A program made the position numbers and the translations under genes. A stretch of DNA of 64,000 nucleotides from a virus (Duplodnaviria; Caudoviricetes), in the IMG/VR virus record IMGVR_UViG_3300044537_000257, positions 8,277 through 72,276 of that record; one strand, given 5' to 3'. A model generated the notes under the pieces. It was given only the letters and a program-made list of their open reading frames with translations. It made no database searches and had not been told where the DNA came from. This document shows positions 17,212 to 27,800 of the stretch, in pieces; position 1 is the stretch's first letter, and every line of letters starts with the position of its first letter.

Positions 17212-17610
17212 GTGTCTGCTATTAAGTCAATTGATCAAGACCTTTTCGACACGTTATATGCGCTATCTCAGTCTTTAAATTACAAAACTTATGATGTGCG
17301 GCCACCTGAAAGTGCTGTTTATCCGTTTGTACAAATTGGCGACGTGCAACTCGTACCACGAGCGGCTGGTGATCGATTAGTTGGATCATTATTTACCACA
17401 ATCGAATTATTCGGCTGTAGGAAGCAACGAAAGCTTTTGTCGGAAATGACGGAAGCTATTTTTATGCGCTCAATTAATTTGAGACGCACAACGAGTTACG
17501 GTATCGCTGCTAACGTCAAGGGATGCTCAAAGCAAATGATAAAGGACACCTCAGTGCCGAATACAACATTATGGCATAGCATCATCGAATTAGAATACAG
17601 AATTTTATAA
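17212..17610 (+). CDS. Tail terminator / completion protein
   Basis: YDVRPP...YPFVQIGD; position before tail tube gene. Confidence 0.75.
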   Translation: MSAIKSIDQDLFDTLYALSQSLNYKTYDVRPPESAVYPFVQIGDVQLVPRAAGDRLVGSLFTTIELFGCRKQRKLLSEMTEAIFMRSINLRRTTSYGIAANVKGCSKQMIKDTSVPNTTLWHSIIELEYRIL

Positions 17611-17622
17611 GGAGGGCTATAA

Positions 17623-18183
17623 ATGGCCAATGAATTTACTGCCGAACAAGGCATGGATAAAGTTATTTTTCTGCGGGAATTAGCTAAAGCTGCAGAACAG
17701 TCAGCAATGCGTTTAGCACTGCAAACAACACATACGTTAACAATCAGCCGTGGTAGTGACTCAACTGCCACAAAAGACGGGAATGTTGCTACGACATCAC
17801 CGGCTGAAACCGAATTAGAAGTTGAAAATATCGCTTCTGACGATGAAATGAATGATCTGTTATGGCGTTCGGTCAAAGACAACTTACCGGTAGAAGCTTG
17901 GGAAGTTAATCTGGCTAAAAAGAACGCCTCAGGTCAATATTTTGCCCGCTATATGCGTGGCAAGGTTAATGAAATGGAATCCGATAACGATGCAGATGAC
18001 AACTCAACAGGTGATGCATCATTCTCGATTGACGGTGTACCTGTTGATGGTTGGGTCACTTTATCACAAGACACGAAAGACGCGTTATCCTATGCGTTCC
18101 GTGGCTTAGATGCGGTAACTGAAGTTGACCCTACAGGCAATGGCGTTGCTGCAGATACCCCAACTCCAGCACCAGCTGGATAA
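17623..18183 (+). CDS. Major tail (tube) protein, TP901-1-like
   Basis: QGMDKV...LALQTTH...DSTATKDG; ends YAFRGL. Confidence 0.85.
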   Translation: MANEFTAEQGMDKVIFLRELAKAAEQSAMRLALQTTHTLTISRGSDSTATKDGNVATTSPAETELEVENIASDDEMNDLLWRSVKDNLPVEAWEVNLAKKNASGQYFARYMRGKVNEMESDNDADDNSTGDASFSIDGVPVDGWVTLSQDTKDALSYAFRGLDAVTEVDPTGNGVAADTPTPAPAG

Positions 18184-18250
18184 ATAATATAACTGTCGCC
18201 TAAGAAATACACAATACCTAGTGGGGCGGCTTTTAATGGAGGAAAATATA

Positions 18251-18601
18251 ATGCAATTAAAAATTAATGGTAAAGATGTTGAATTTAAGTTTGGAATTCG
18301 CTTTTTGCGTGAGTTAGACAAACATTATTACATGGAAAAGAACGATATTAAATTTGGCTTGGGCTTAGATTTATCGTTAACACAAATCTTAGCTGGTTAC
18401 CCTGAATATTTAGCCACTTATCTTTATTGCGCTAATAAGGCGATGAAGGTCAAAGTCACGCAAGACGATATTGACGAATACCTTGAAAGTCTAGATGATC
18501 TAGAACCAATTTTTGATGAAGTAATTAAGGAACTATCTGAGGGGAACGCCACAAAGTCAAAAGTGACAGCCGCACAGGCGGCACTGAAACAAAACGAATA
18601 G
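18251..18601 (+). CDS. Tail assembly chaperone
   Basis: MQLKINGKDVEFKFGIRFLRELDK. Confidence 0.85.
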   Translation: MQLKINGKDVEFKFGIRFLRELDKHYYMEKNDIKFGLGLDLSLTQILAGYPEYLATYLYCANKAMKVKVTQDDIDEYLESLDDLEPIFDEVIKELSEGNATKSKVTAAQAALKQNE

Positions 18602-18648
18602 GACGAAAATTAAAGCCTGAAGATTACAGTGAAAATGTTTATCACAGT

Positions 18649-19029
18649 ATGATCGTAACTGGCTTACGATTATTTGGATTGACAACTGTCGACGAGATCG
18701 GCCAGTTAACACTCGATGAATATGATCTTTTGCTGGAAGCTGCTCAGCTACGGAATATTGATCAAGAACGCTTAATCCACATACAAGCGTGGGCTAATCA
18801 GATGGTACAAGCAACTGATCGTAGCGGCAAACGCGCCAAGTTTCGCAAGTTTAAGGAATTTTACGACGACGAAAAGATCATTCGAAAAATCACCTTGCAG
18901 CACGCTAATGGCCGCGTAATTGACGAAAAGCAACGTCTTAAAGATGAACAACGGCGTAAGGCTGAGATTGTTAATCAGCGATTGAACGAATATTATCACA
19001 GGAAGGAGGAAAACAATGGAAAGCTATAG
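18649..19029 (+). CDS. Tail assembly chaperone, second ORF (G-T type)
   Basis: MTLxEY-like motif, QAWANQMVQAT...KFKEFYD; -1 frame relative to the upstream chaperone. Confidence 0.75.
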   Translation: MIVTGLRLFGLTTVDEIGQLTLDEYDLLLEAAQLRNIDQERLIHIQAWANQMVQATDRSGKRAKFRKFKEFYDDEKIIRKITLQHANGRVIDEKQRLKDEQRRKAEIVNQRLNEYYHRKEENNGKL

Positions 19030-22000
19030 TGTAACAGCGGTGCTTAGCGCCGTTGATAGCAGTTTTAGTAGTACCATTCGTAATGCCTCTAATGCTGTGG
19101 ACGCTTTTCAGTTGGGCACTAGAACAAGCTTAGGCAACGTCGGTAAAACGGTGGAAGGAATCGGCTCTAAGTTAACTAAGGGCGTTACATTGCCGTTAGG
19201 TTTAATGGCCGTAGCTGCGGCTAAAACATCAATGGATTTTGGCGCTCAAATGAGCCGAGTACAAGCCATTTCTGGTGCGACCGGCAAGCAGATGGGTGCG
19301 CTTAAAAATCAAGCAATTAAGTTAGGGGCTAAAACGGCCTTTAGTGCAAAGCAAGCAGCTGAGGGCATGGAAAACTTAGCATCGGCCGGCATGAACTCTC
19401 AGCAGATTATGAAAGCCATGCCTGGAGTTCTTAATTTAGCGGCTGTTTCCGGTGGTGACGTTGCAAAAGCGGCTGATAACATGTCAACATCACTAAACGC
19501 TTTTGGTTTATCAGCAGGCAAGTCCAGCCATGTTGCCGATGTATTCGCGGAAGCTGCGGCTAAAACGAATGCAGAAGCGAGTGATATGGGCGATGCCATG
19601 AAGTATGTCGCACCACAAGCCCACGCTGCTGGTCTTTCACTCGAAGAGACTGCAGCAGCAATCGGTGTGTTATCAGATGCAGGTATTAAAGGCAGCACGG
19701 CTGGTACTACTTTAGCCCAAGCATTGATGCGTGTTCAGAGTCCGTCAGCTGAGGCTAAAAAAGCAATGCAGCAAATTGGATTTAGCGCTTACGATGCCAA
19801 CGGCAAAATGAAACCATTAGCTAAGCAGGTCTCCGAATTAAAAGGCAAGTTAAAAGGGATGACGGATGAGCAGAAGCAGAACACTTTAGCCACGATTTAC
19901 GGCATGGAAGGCGGTCGGGCGATGAACGTCTTGCTGCAAGCACAGAGTGGTAAGCTATCGTCACTGACTAAAGCCTTGAAGTACTCTAAAGGTTCTGCGG
20001 CGGATATGGCTAAGATCATGCAGGATAATGCAAAATCTGCTGTCGAACAGTTAGGTGGCGCCTTTGAATCTGCCGCCATTGCAATTGGCGATAAAATGGC
20101 ACCAACTATACGGCGCGTTGCTGATTTAATCTCAAATTTAATTGGTAAGTTTCTCGATGCTAGTCCGGCTGTACAAAACTTCATTTTAGTTGCTTTGGGT
20201 ATTGCCGCTGCGGCAGGCCCTATTTTAGTTGTGATCGGTAAAATGATGCAGTTTACGGCAAGCACAAAAACAGCAATGGCTGCGTTGCGATCGATGAACG
20301 GTGAAGCTAAGCTAACTGGTGGCTTATTAAAGGCACTGCCTTGGCTAGTTGTAGCTGCTGGGATTGCTTTATTAGTGGCTGGCTTTGTTAAACTATATAA
20401 ATCATCGGCTCAATTTCGTGATTTTGTTAACGATATTGGATCAGCACTTAGAAGTATTTTTGGCCCAGCTGTTGAGTGGGCTGGGAACTTACTAGGTGGG
20501 TTTGCAGACTGGTTTAAAAAAGCATCTACATCAATGACTGATAGTCAAAAGGCGATTACTGCAATCGTGTCAGGGTTGTCTGTCCTAGGAGCGACTTTGG
20601 CCATAACACATGGTGGATTAGGTAAGTTAGTTGCCAAGTTATTTAGCTTTGGTGACGCCGCTAAAAAACCGACTGCTCCTATTCAGGGTCTTGGATCATC
20701 AATCCTAAAATTAGGCGCTAGTATTGGTATTGCTGCAGCTGGCATCGGCACATTTATTTTTGCTGTTGCTGAGTTAGCTAAAACGGGCGACGCTGGTGTT
20801 GTAACACTAACCGCCGTAACTATAAGCATTGCTGCTTTAGCTGCTACGTTTGCATTATTAGGGCCAAGACTGACGGCTGGTGCCGCTGGTATGGTTGCGT
20901 TTGGTGTGACGGTAGCGGCTGTTGGCGTTGGCATTGGTGCGGCTGCGTTGGGTATTGCGGCTTTGATTGTCGCCTTTACCGGTTTAACAACTCACGTGAA
21001 TGCCATTGTGCCAACATTTGCTGCTGTCGGTACTGGATTTATAGCTATGATGACAATTATGCTAAATGGTGTGATTTCTAACGCACCACTGATTGCACAA
21101 GCATTTATTGCACTAGGTACTGCTATTTTAACTGCGATTAATACTTTAGCACCACAGATCAGCCAGACGTTTTTGCTTTTACTAACGACCTTAGTCAATA
21201 CAGTTGTAGCAGCAACGCCGTTAATCGCTAATGGATTTATGCAGATGCTAATGACGATTCTTAATACAATTTTGACTTACACACCGCAAATCGCAAGTAG
21301 TTTCATGCAGATTTTATCTGCACTACTTAATGCGATAGCAACTTACATGCCACAAATTGTAGCTGGCTTTGCGAACATCTTAATTAATTTTCTTAATACT
21401 CTAACCAGTTATGTACCTCAGATTGCTGCTGCCGCAACGAATCTATTAATCGCAATCATGGATGCTATTGGTAATAATGCACCAGCAATTATTGCTGCAT
21501 TTTTCGCAATGGTCGGTCAATTTGGCGAAGCGATTGTGCAACAACTGCCGATTGTGATTCAGTTGATGACCGCGTTACTTACAGCATTAGTTGCGACTGT
21601 GGTCAGTTACTCAAGCTCGTTCTTAAAGATCGGGGGTTTACTGATTCAATCACTCGGCGCTGGTTTGATGGGTAAAAAAGTCGATGTGGTCGGTAAAGCG
21701 ACCGACATTATGAATGAAGCTGGTAGCAATGCGACTAAGACTGGGATGTCAGCCTTTGATTCTGCTGGTGGTAACAGTGCCATCAAGGCTTTGCAGGCAA
21801 TTGCTAACAAGAATGGTAATGCTAGAACAACTGGTGGCGCTTTAGCTAGCTCTGCGGCTGGTGGTATTACTGATAAAAACGGTACTTTAAAAAATGCCGG
21901 TACAACAAATGGTACTAATGCAGTTAGCGGATTAAAGTCAAAATTAGGTCAAATGAAATCAACCGGTTCTTCGTTAGGCAGCAATGCGGCTAGCGGAATT

Positions 22001-22576
22001 TCATCTAAATCGGGTAGTGCAAGAAGTGCTGGCTCTAAACTGGGTAGTTCTGGATCTAGCGGTGCAAGAGGGCAACACGGCTCATTTAGTAGTGCCGGAT
22101 CATATTTAGGCCAAGGTTTAGTCAATGGTATTTCCAGCATGGCCGGTAGTGTTATGAGTACGGCGGCTTCTTTAGCAAGCCGTGCTGCGGCTGCTATTAG
22201 AAGCGCATTAAAGATTCATTCTCCGTCACGTGTGACACGAGAAATCGGTTATTATGTTGCCGCCGGGATGCAGGTTGGGATGATTAAAAATGCTGGCATG
22301 GTGGCAGATGCTGCTACTGATTTAGCGATGGCTGCAGTGCCCGAAGTAAGCGACTTTAATTTACGGGACGTTTACAGCAACATGGACAGCAACTTTAAAG
22401 GTAATACCTTTAGTGGAGCAATGCAGCACGAACTAAATTTGACCAACAAGACTGTTGTTGAAGTTCCCGTCAATCTGGATGGCCAGGAAGTGGCACGGAT
22501 TACCGCAGAACCAATGGAAAGTGAACTAGCTAAACGGTCACAACGAACAAACCGGATTTATGGCAGAAGAAGTTAA
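19016..22576 (+). CDS. Tape measure protein (TP901-family core)
   Basis: 1186 aa; FGAQMSRVQAISGAT...TAFSAKQAAEG; ALKIHSPSRV. Confidence 0.93.
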   Translation: MESYSVTAVLSAVDSSFSSTIRNASNAVDAFQLGTRTSLGNVGKTVEGIGSKLTKGVTLPLGLMAVAAAKTSMDFGAQMSRVQAISGATGKQMGALKNQAIKLGAKTAFSAKQAAEGMENLASAGMNSQQIMKAMPGVLNLAAVSGGDVAKAADNMSTSLNAFGLSAGKSSHVADVFAEAAAKTNAEASDMGDAMKYVAPQAHAAGLSLEETAAAIGVLSDAGIKGSTAGTTLAQALMRVQSPSAEAKKAMQQIGFSAYDANGKMKPLAKQVSELKGKLKGMTDEQKQNTLATIYGMEGGRAMNVLLQAQSGKLSSLTKALKYSKGSAADMAKIMQDNAKSAVEQLGGAFESAAIAIGDKMAPTIRRVADLISNLIGKFLDASPAVQNFILVALGIAAAAGPILVVIGKMMQFTASTKTAMAALRSMNGEAKLTGGLLKALPWLVVAAGIALLVAGFVKLYKSSAQFRDFVNDIGSALRSIFGPAVEWAGNLLGGFADWFKKASTSMTDSQKAITAIVSGLSVLGATLAITHGGLGKLVAKLFSFGDAAKKPTAPIQGLGSSILKLGASIGIAAAGIGTFIFAVAELAKTGDAGVVTLTAVTISIAALAATFALLGPRLTAGAAGMVAFGVTVAAVGVGIGAAALGIAALIVAFTGLTTHVNAIVPTFAAVGTGFIAMMTIMLNGVISNAPLIAQAFIALGTAILTAINTLAPQISQTFLLLLTTLVNTVVAATPLIANGFMQMLMTILNTILTYTPQIASSFMQILSALLNAIATYMPQIVAGFANILINFLNTLTSYVPQIAAAATNLLIAIMDAIGNNAPAIIAAFFAMVGQFGEAIVQQLPIVIQLMTALLTALVATVVSYSSSFLKIGGLLIQSLGAGLMGKKVDVVGKATDIMNEAGSNATKTGMSAFDSAGGNSAIKALQAIANKNGNARTTGGALASSAAGGITDKNGTLKNAGTTNGTNAVSGLKSKLGQMKSTGSSLGSNAASGISSKSGSARSAGSKLGSSGSSGARGQHGSFSSAGSYLGQGLVNGISSMAGSVMSTAASLASRAAAAIRSALKIHSPSRVTREIGYYVAAGMQVGMIKNAGMVADAATDLAMAAVPEVSDFNLRDVYSNMDSNFKGNTFSGAMQHELNLTNKTVVEVPVNLDGQEVARITAEPMESELAKRSQRTNRIYGRRS

Positions 22577-22600
22577 AATTAAAATTTGAGGTGAAGTAAT

Positions 22601-24790
22601 GTGTACAATTTTCGTGATCTATCCCCGTATACGGGCACCGATGTGGCCGCTTGGCCGGCTGAGTCAATGGTCTTTAATGGGAAGTTGTTTGAACGCGAGA
22701 TCCCAGAATATCGTACCTTACAAGTACAAGGGCGCGAGCTATTAGGCCAGTCACTAGACACACTGACCGTTGGTAATCAGAATGGTGAACGACTACGCTC
22801 ACGGCGTTATCCAGCCCGTGAAATCACCGTTAAATACCAAGTAGATGCGGCAACAACCGAACGGTTCCGCGAGATATTTTATCAGTTGAATGCTCTGCTG
22901 CAAGGTCAAGACAATAAATTTTACTTTTTAGACGACACGACGAAATATTTTATCGGTACGTTATCGGAAATCGAAGCGGTACCTGGTGGGAGTAATTCGG
23001 TGGTATCGTCTTTTACTATCCTGTGCAATGACCCGTTTGCTTATGCCATGCGGGAGGATAGCTTTGCAGTCGCTAGTGCTGGGACTTATGATTTTAAGTT
23101 AGATTTTGCTAACAAGATCTTTGGTGATTTTAATAGTAATCCCAATATGATCTATGGTGCCGAATGGCACGAGATCGCAAGCCGCAAGCCCGACTCACTT
23201 TGGTGGGAATGGGAGCAAGAGAATTACAATAAACTAGCTAAGCAGGATGGTGTATGCGGATCATATACGCGGACCGATGTTGGTAACTCGACGCGACTAG
23301 TGATGCGCTTTGATGTGATCAAAGCGATTGAGCAACAGATGCCAGGTTTTTGGCAGCGGCTAGGGCTGATCGAATTATCTGAGCGGCTAGCGTGGCTGAG
23401 TGATCATATCAAGAAGTTTTACATCGAGGTGTGGAGCTACGGTCACGGTGCTAGTGGGTATGGCACGAAAGTGCAGACCTGGTCTGGTACCGAGTGGATC
23501 GGATCACAGGCTAATACCGCAAGCAAGCCGGACAAAAATACCTATAGTTTCGCCGGACAAGAAGCCGCTGCCGCCATGACAGACGGCTATTTTTATGCAC
23601 TGACTGGTACCAATGATGCCGATGCTACAACACCGACTGTTAGTTATTTAGACTATGCCGCATTAAGTGTCAGTGTTGATGTGCCGGCAACTAAAAACGC
23701 AGTGACCATCACTAACGATGGTCCATTACCGGTACCAGTCCGATTTGAGCTGACCAATCATGACGATAACGGCTTTTTTGGACTGACTAGTAGCCGCGAG
23801 AATATCCTGATTGGGAAACCTAACGATATCGACGGCGGTGTGGTGGCTAAATCGGAACGGCTATTTACGACAAACCAAAACAACGCCAACGGCCTAAAGC
23901 AGTGGGTGCTCAATAAGGGCGTAATCAATGAGTGGAACGAAAATCCGGTACAAAGCGGTAACTTTGAAGACCCAGCAGTGATCAAGGAAAGTCGCTGGCG
24001 TTTGCGAAATGCTCAACCAGATGAAACGACGGCTTGGGGACCACACGCGGCTAATGGTCGTGGCTGGCATGGGCCAAGTGCGACAGCAATTTTTAACCCA
24101 GATTCAAACGGAGCCGTTGGTGCAAAGAATTTTAAAGCGCGTTTTTATCTGCAATTTTTGTTCGGCAATATGTATGCCGGTGGGTTACAGCAGGTCAATC
24201 TAGGTGGCCCAGATGGTGAGCTTTTAGTATCCGTCCAATTTTGGAAAGGCAGGGGCACGCACGGATCGGTCAAAATCCGTGTAGGCAATAACTGGGCCTA
24301 CATCGATGAAAATAACGCCCGCTGGGATAACTTTTTTGGCGCTGTAGTGATTATTCGTAGCGGCAACACCTACAGTATCCAGCTACAGTCGTCCGAGGGC
24401 TCAAATCGTGTCAACCAAACGATCAGTTACACCGATCCAGACAGCGCCAAGATTTTATGCCAGCAAGCGACTTACTGGAAAGCCATTTTCGGTGCCTATT
24501 CCGCTGCCGGCACTATGAATAATGACCTCTACGATTTTTGGATCGAAAAGAACAACGTGGAAGACTATGTGGATATTCCAAACGTTTTTAGCGACGGCGA
24601 TCAAGTTGTGATCGATGGTCAAGACGGCAAAGTAACCACGAAGGTCAACGGCACGCTGAGTATTGCATTACAGGATGTCGGCAGCCAGCCAATCTTGGCT
24701 TATCCTGGCAAAAATGTGATCAATGTGCTGTATTCTGACTTTGCCAGTGCACCAGATGTGACGGCTTATATCCGTAAAAAATATTTATAG
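22601..24790 (+). CDS. Distal tail protein (evolved Dit with inserted domain)
   Basis: MYNFRDL...LQVQGRELL...FTILCNDPFAY; 729 aa. Confidence 0.85.
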   Translation: MYNFRDLSPYTGTDVAAWPAESMVFNGKLFEREIPEYRTLQVQGRELLGQSLDTLTVGNQNGERLRSRRYPAREITVKYQVDAATTERFREIFYQLNALLQGQDNKFYFLDDTTKYFIGTLSEIEAVPGGSNSVVSSFTILCNDPFAYAMREDSFAVASAGTYDFKLDFANKIFGDFNSNPNMIYGAEWHEIASRKPDSLWWEWEQENYNKLAKQDGVCGSYTRTDVGNSTRLVMRFDVIKAIEQQMPGFWQRLGLIELSERLAWLSDHIKKFYIEVWSYGHGASGYGTKVQTWSGTEWIGSQANTASKPDKNTYSFAGQEAAAAMTDGYFYALTGTNDADATTPTVSYLDYAALSVSVDVPATKNAVTITNDGPLPVPVRFELTNHDDNGFFGLTSSRENILIGKPNDIDGGVVAKSERLFTTNQNNANGLKQWVLNKGVINEWNENPVQSGNFEDPAVIKESRWRLRNAQPDETTAWGPHAANGRGWHGPSATAIFNPDSNGAVGAKNFKARFYLQFLFGNMYAGGLQQVNLGGPDGELLVSVQFWKGRGTHGSVKIRVGNNWAYIDENNARWDNFFGAVVIIRSGNTYSIQLQSSEGSNRVNQTISYTDPDSAKILCQQATYWKAIFGAYSAAGTMNNDLYDFWIEKNNVEDYVDIPNVFSDGDQVVIDGQDGKVTTKVNGTLSIALQDVGSQPILAYPGKNVINVLYSDFASAPDVTAYIRKKYL

Positions 24791-24805
24791 GAAGGGGGAT
24801 AAACT

Positions 24806-27800
24806 ATGCAATTATATGTACTCGACCGCGCCAAGAACACTTTGGCCACGACCTCAAGTTTTTATAGCGACAAGCACCATAAAGAGTTGACCGCCGGTGC
24901 ATCGATCTTTGAGTTTACGATTGATAAATCTGACTCAGCCGCCCAGTATATGACGACCGGGAATTACCTAGTGTTCCAGGATGACCGTGGGCGGGCGTGG
25001 TCGTTTACGATTTTGAGCTACGACGAAACGCAGACGACTAAGACTGTTGCCGCCGAAGATGTCAGTATCGAATTGCTTAATAAAGCCATGGACGTCTGGA
25101 ATACTGATCAAGCTTATCCGTTTAGCTATTATTTTGACTTAGTGACAAAAGGCACACCGTGGACACTTGGTGTTAACCAGCTGACCGATTTATCACGTAA
25201 ACTAGTTTACACAGGCCGAGACACTGGCTTAGGCCGATTGCTGTCCGTTTTAAAGGGCTTTGATAATGCGGAGTGTCAGTTTAATATCAAAGTAAAACAA
25301 AACAGTCCTATCGAGTTTACCGTCGACGTTTATAAATCAATCGGCACCGTGCAGGATAATATCCAAATTGTCTATAACAATGAGTTAAATGACATTAAAA
25401 AGACAGAGAGCCGCGCCCAATTTGTTACTGCATTAGCCGGTGTGGGTGGCTTGGTCGAAAATCAAGCAACAACTGATCCTGGGCTGGAGAAACATATTGA
25501 TTTTACTGATATTGACTATAAAGACGATAACTTTGTGTCGCCAAAGGGCGATAAATTTTTACGAGCGGTTACGGCTAACCGAACATTTAATCCAGGGACA
25601 ACCACTTATATTGAGGACTTTTACGACTACGATACACAGAGTAGCCAGGAGCTGCTTAACCGTACGCTGACACAACTTAAGGAGCGCTCAGAACCACAGT
25701 ACACCTACAATGCTGACGTTAAAGTGATTGACCCCACACTGGATATTGGCGATACGGTGACCATTATCGATCACGATTATAACCCAGCACTCTATTTGCA
25801 AGCACGGGTGGCCACGTTGGATAAGTCATACACGGATCCCACGCAAGGCGCGATCACGTTTTGTAATTACCGGGTGCTTAACAGCAACCTATCCGATCAG
25901 CTACGAGCAATGCAAAATATCATTGATCAGCTGCCAACCAGCGCATCAATCAAGGTAATTAACAATAATATTGTGCAGATGATTACTCAAAATGAGGAGC
26001 TTAAAAAGCAAGTCGCCCTATCGTTTGAGTCAGCCAACGGTAAGAGCCGGGTATGGTTTAGCCGATCATCAACCGCGCAAAACGGCGATGTTGCTTTTAT
26101 CAAAAACGCTGACGGCGCCACTGAGATTTGGAAGTTTGTTGAGGGCGCCTGGAAACTGGACACCGGTTTAGCCACATTTGATGACGTTAAAAAAGCCGCG
26201 AGTGCGGCGGCAGATGCTGGCAGTCAGGCAGTTACTGCTGGCCAACAGGCGAGCGCCGCTGGTAGTCAAGCCGCTGTTGTAGGATTGCAGGCAAGTACAG
26301 CCGGAAGCCAAGCAATTTCTGCCGGCAATCAAGCCAGTTTAGCTGACAGTCAAGCTGCTATAGCTGGCAGTCAGGCAGTTACTGCTGGTAGTCAAGCCAG
26401 TTCTGCTGGTAGTCAGGCAGTTGTTGCAGGATTGCAGGCCAGTGCCGCAGGTAGCCAAGCGATTTCTGCTGGTAGTCAGGCCAGTTGGGCCGGTAGTCAA
26501 GCCGCTGTAGCTGGTAAGCAAGCAAGCGCCGCTGGTAGTCAAGCAGTTATTGCTGGTCAACAAGCTAGTACAGCCGGAAGCCAAGCGATTTCTGCTGGTA
26601 GTCAGGCCAGTTGGGCCGGTAGCCAAGCTGCTGTAGCTGGTAAGCAAGCGAGCACTGCTGGCAGTCAGGCAGTTACTGCTGGCCAACAAGCCAGTGCTGC
26701 AGGTGCCGATGCTAAATCAGCTGGAGACTTTGCGGCTAGTGCCGCTAGTCAATCTACAATCGAGACGTCAGCAGCACGATCGACAGCTAATAGTGCGGTG
26801 GATCAAGCTAATTTAGCTGTCTCACAAGCAGGCTTTGCCAATAATGCTGCAGATCAGGCTAAGTCAGCTGCGGCTAGTGCGCAGAGTGATGCTGCCGGTG
26901 CTTTAGGAAAAGCTAGTACAGCAATCACTAATGCTAGTACCGCCATAAACGCGGCCACTGATGCGCAGACTAAGACCAACTCACTGGTCACCAAGGTTGA
27001 CGATATTGCTGGGACAATTAAGACCCTAGCAACTACTGAGACCGTTGACCAGTTGGCAGGTACCGTCGCGACCACTCAAAGCTTAGCGCAGTTTGCGGCT
27101 GACGGTCTCAAGCTCAAGGCAGATACGACCACAGTCGATAAGATCAATGGCACAGTCAACGATCTTAAGGGTGAGCTTGATGTGCAGGCGGATAAGATTG
27201 CCGCCACGGTTACCGCTAGTGATGTGACTGGAATGCTTGGTAATTACGCTACTCAGTCATGGTCTCAGGGGCAGATATCTGCTGCTAAAAATGAGATTTC
27301 CGCGTCGGTTGAGACGGTGCAAACTCAGGTTAAAAACAGTGCGGTTGGCACTAATTTATTAACAGGAACGAGTTCGTCAGAACAGTCATACATGAATGAC
27401 TTTTCAACCGTTCCCGGTTGGATTTATAGTAACTTTCTACAAGGGTCACAACCTGCTGTTAATGTCGGAAGCACCTATACCTACTCGATATATTTAACGA
27501 AATTAACGGGGTCTTTTGCTTTGGGGTATTGGGGATATGACAGCAATAAAAAATATGCTAGATGGTTCCCTAGTCCTATTTATTCTTCATTGGGTAAAGT
27601 TTCATGGACGTTCACGATTCCTAGTGGAATATCTTATATAGTTCCACATGTTGTGCACGCTTCTGATGATTTTACTTGTACAGCAAAAGAAGAAAAACTT
27701 GAAAAAGGGTCCGTAGCTACTGATTGGTGCCTAGCGCCGGAAGATCAGGCGACTGTTGATTGGACTAAATCTCAACTAGATATTAAAGATGGCAAAATTT

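Noticed and set aside
18160-18250. Frameshift extension of the major tail protein
   Set aside because: No slippery site with a usable downstream frame in either prophage
19399-22140. Minus-strand ORFs over TMP1, and likewise over Tal (26339-29799) and TMP2 (59373-62225)
   Set aside because: Antisense shadows of Ala/Ile/Thr-biased repetitive coding sequence; no SD or family motifs
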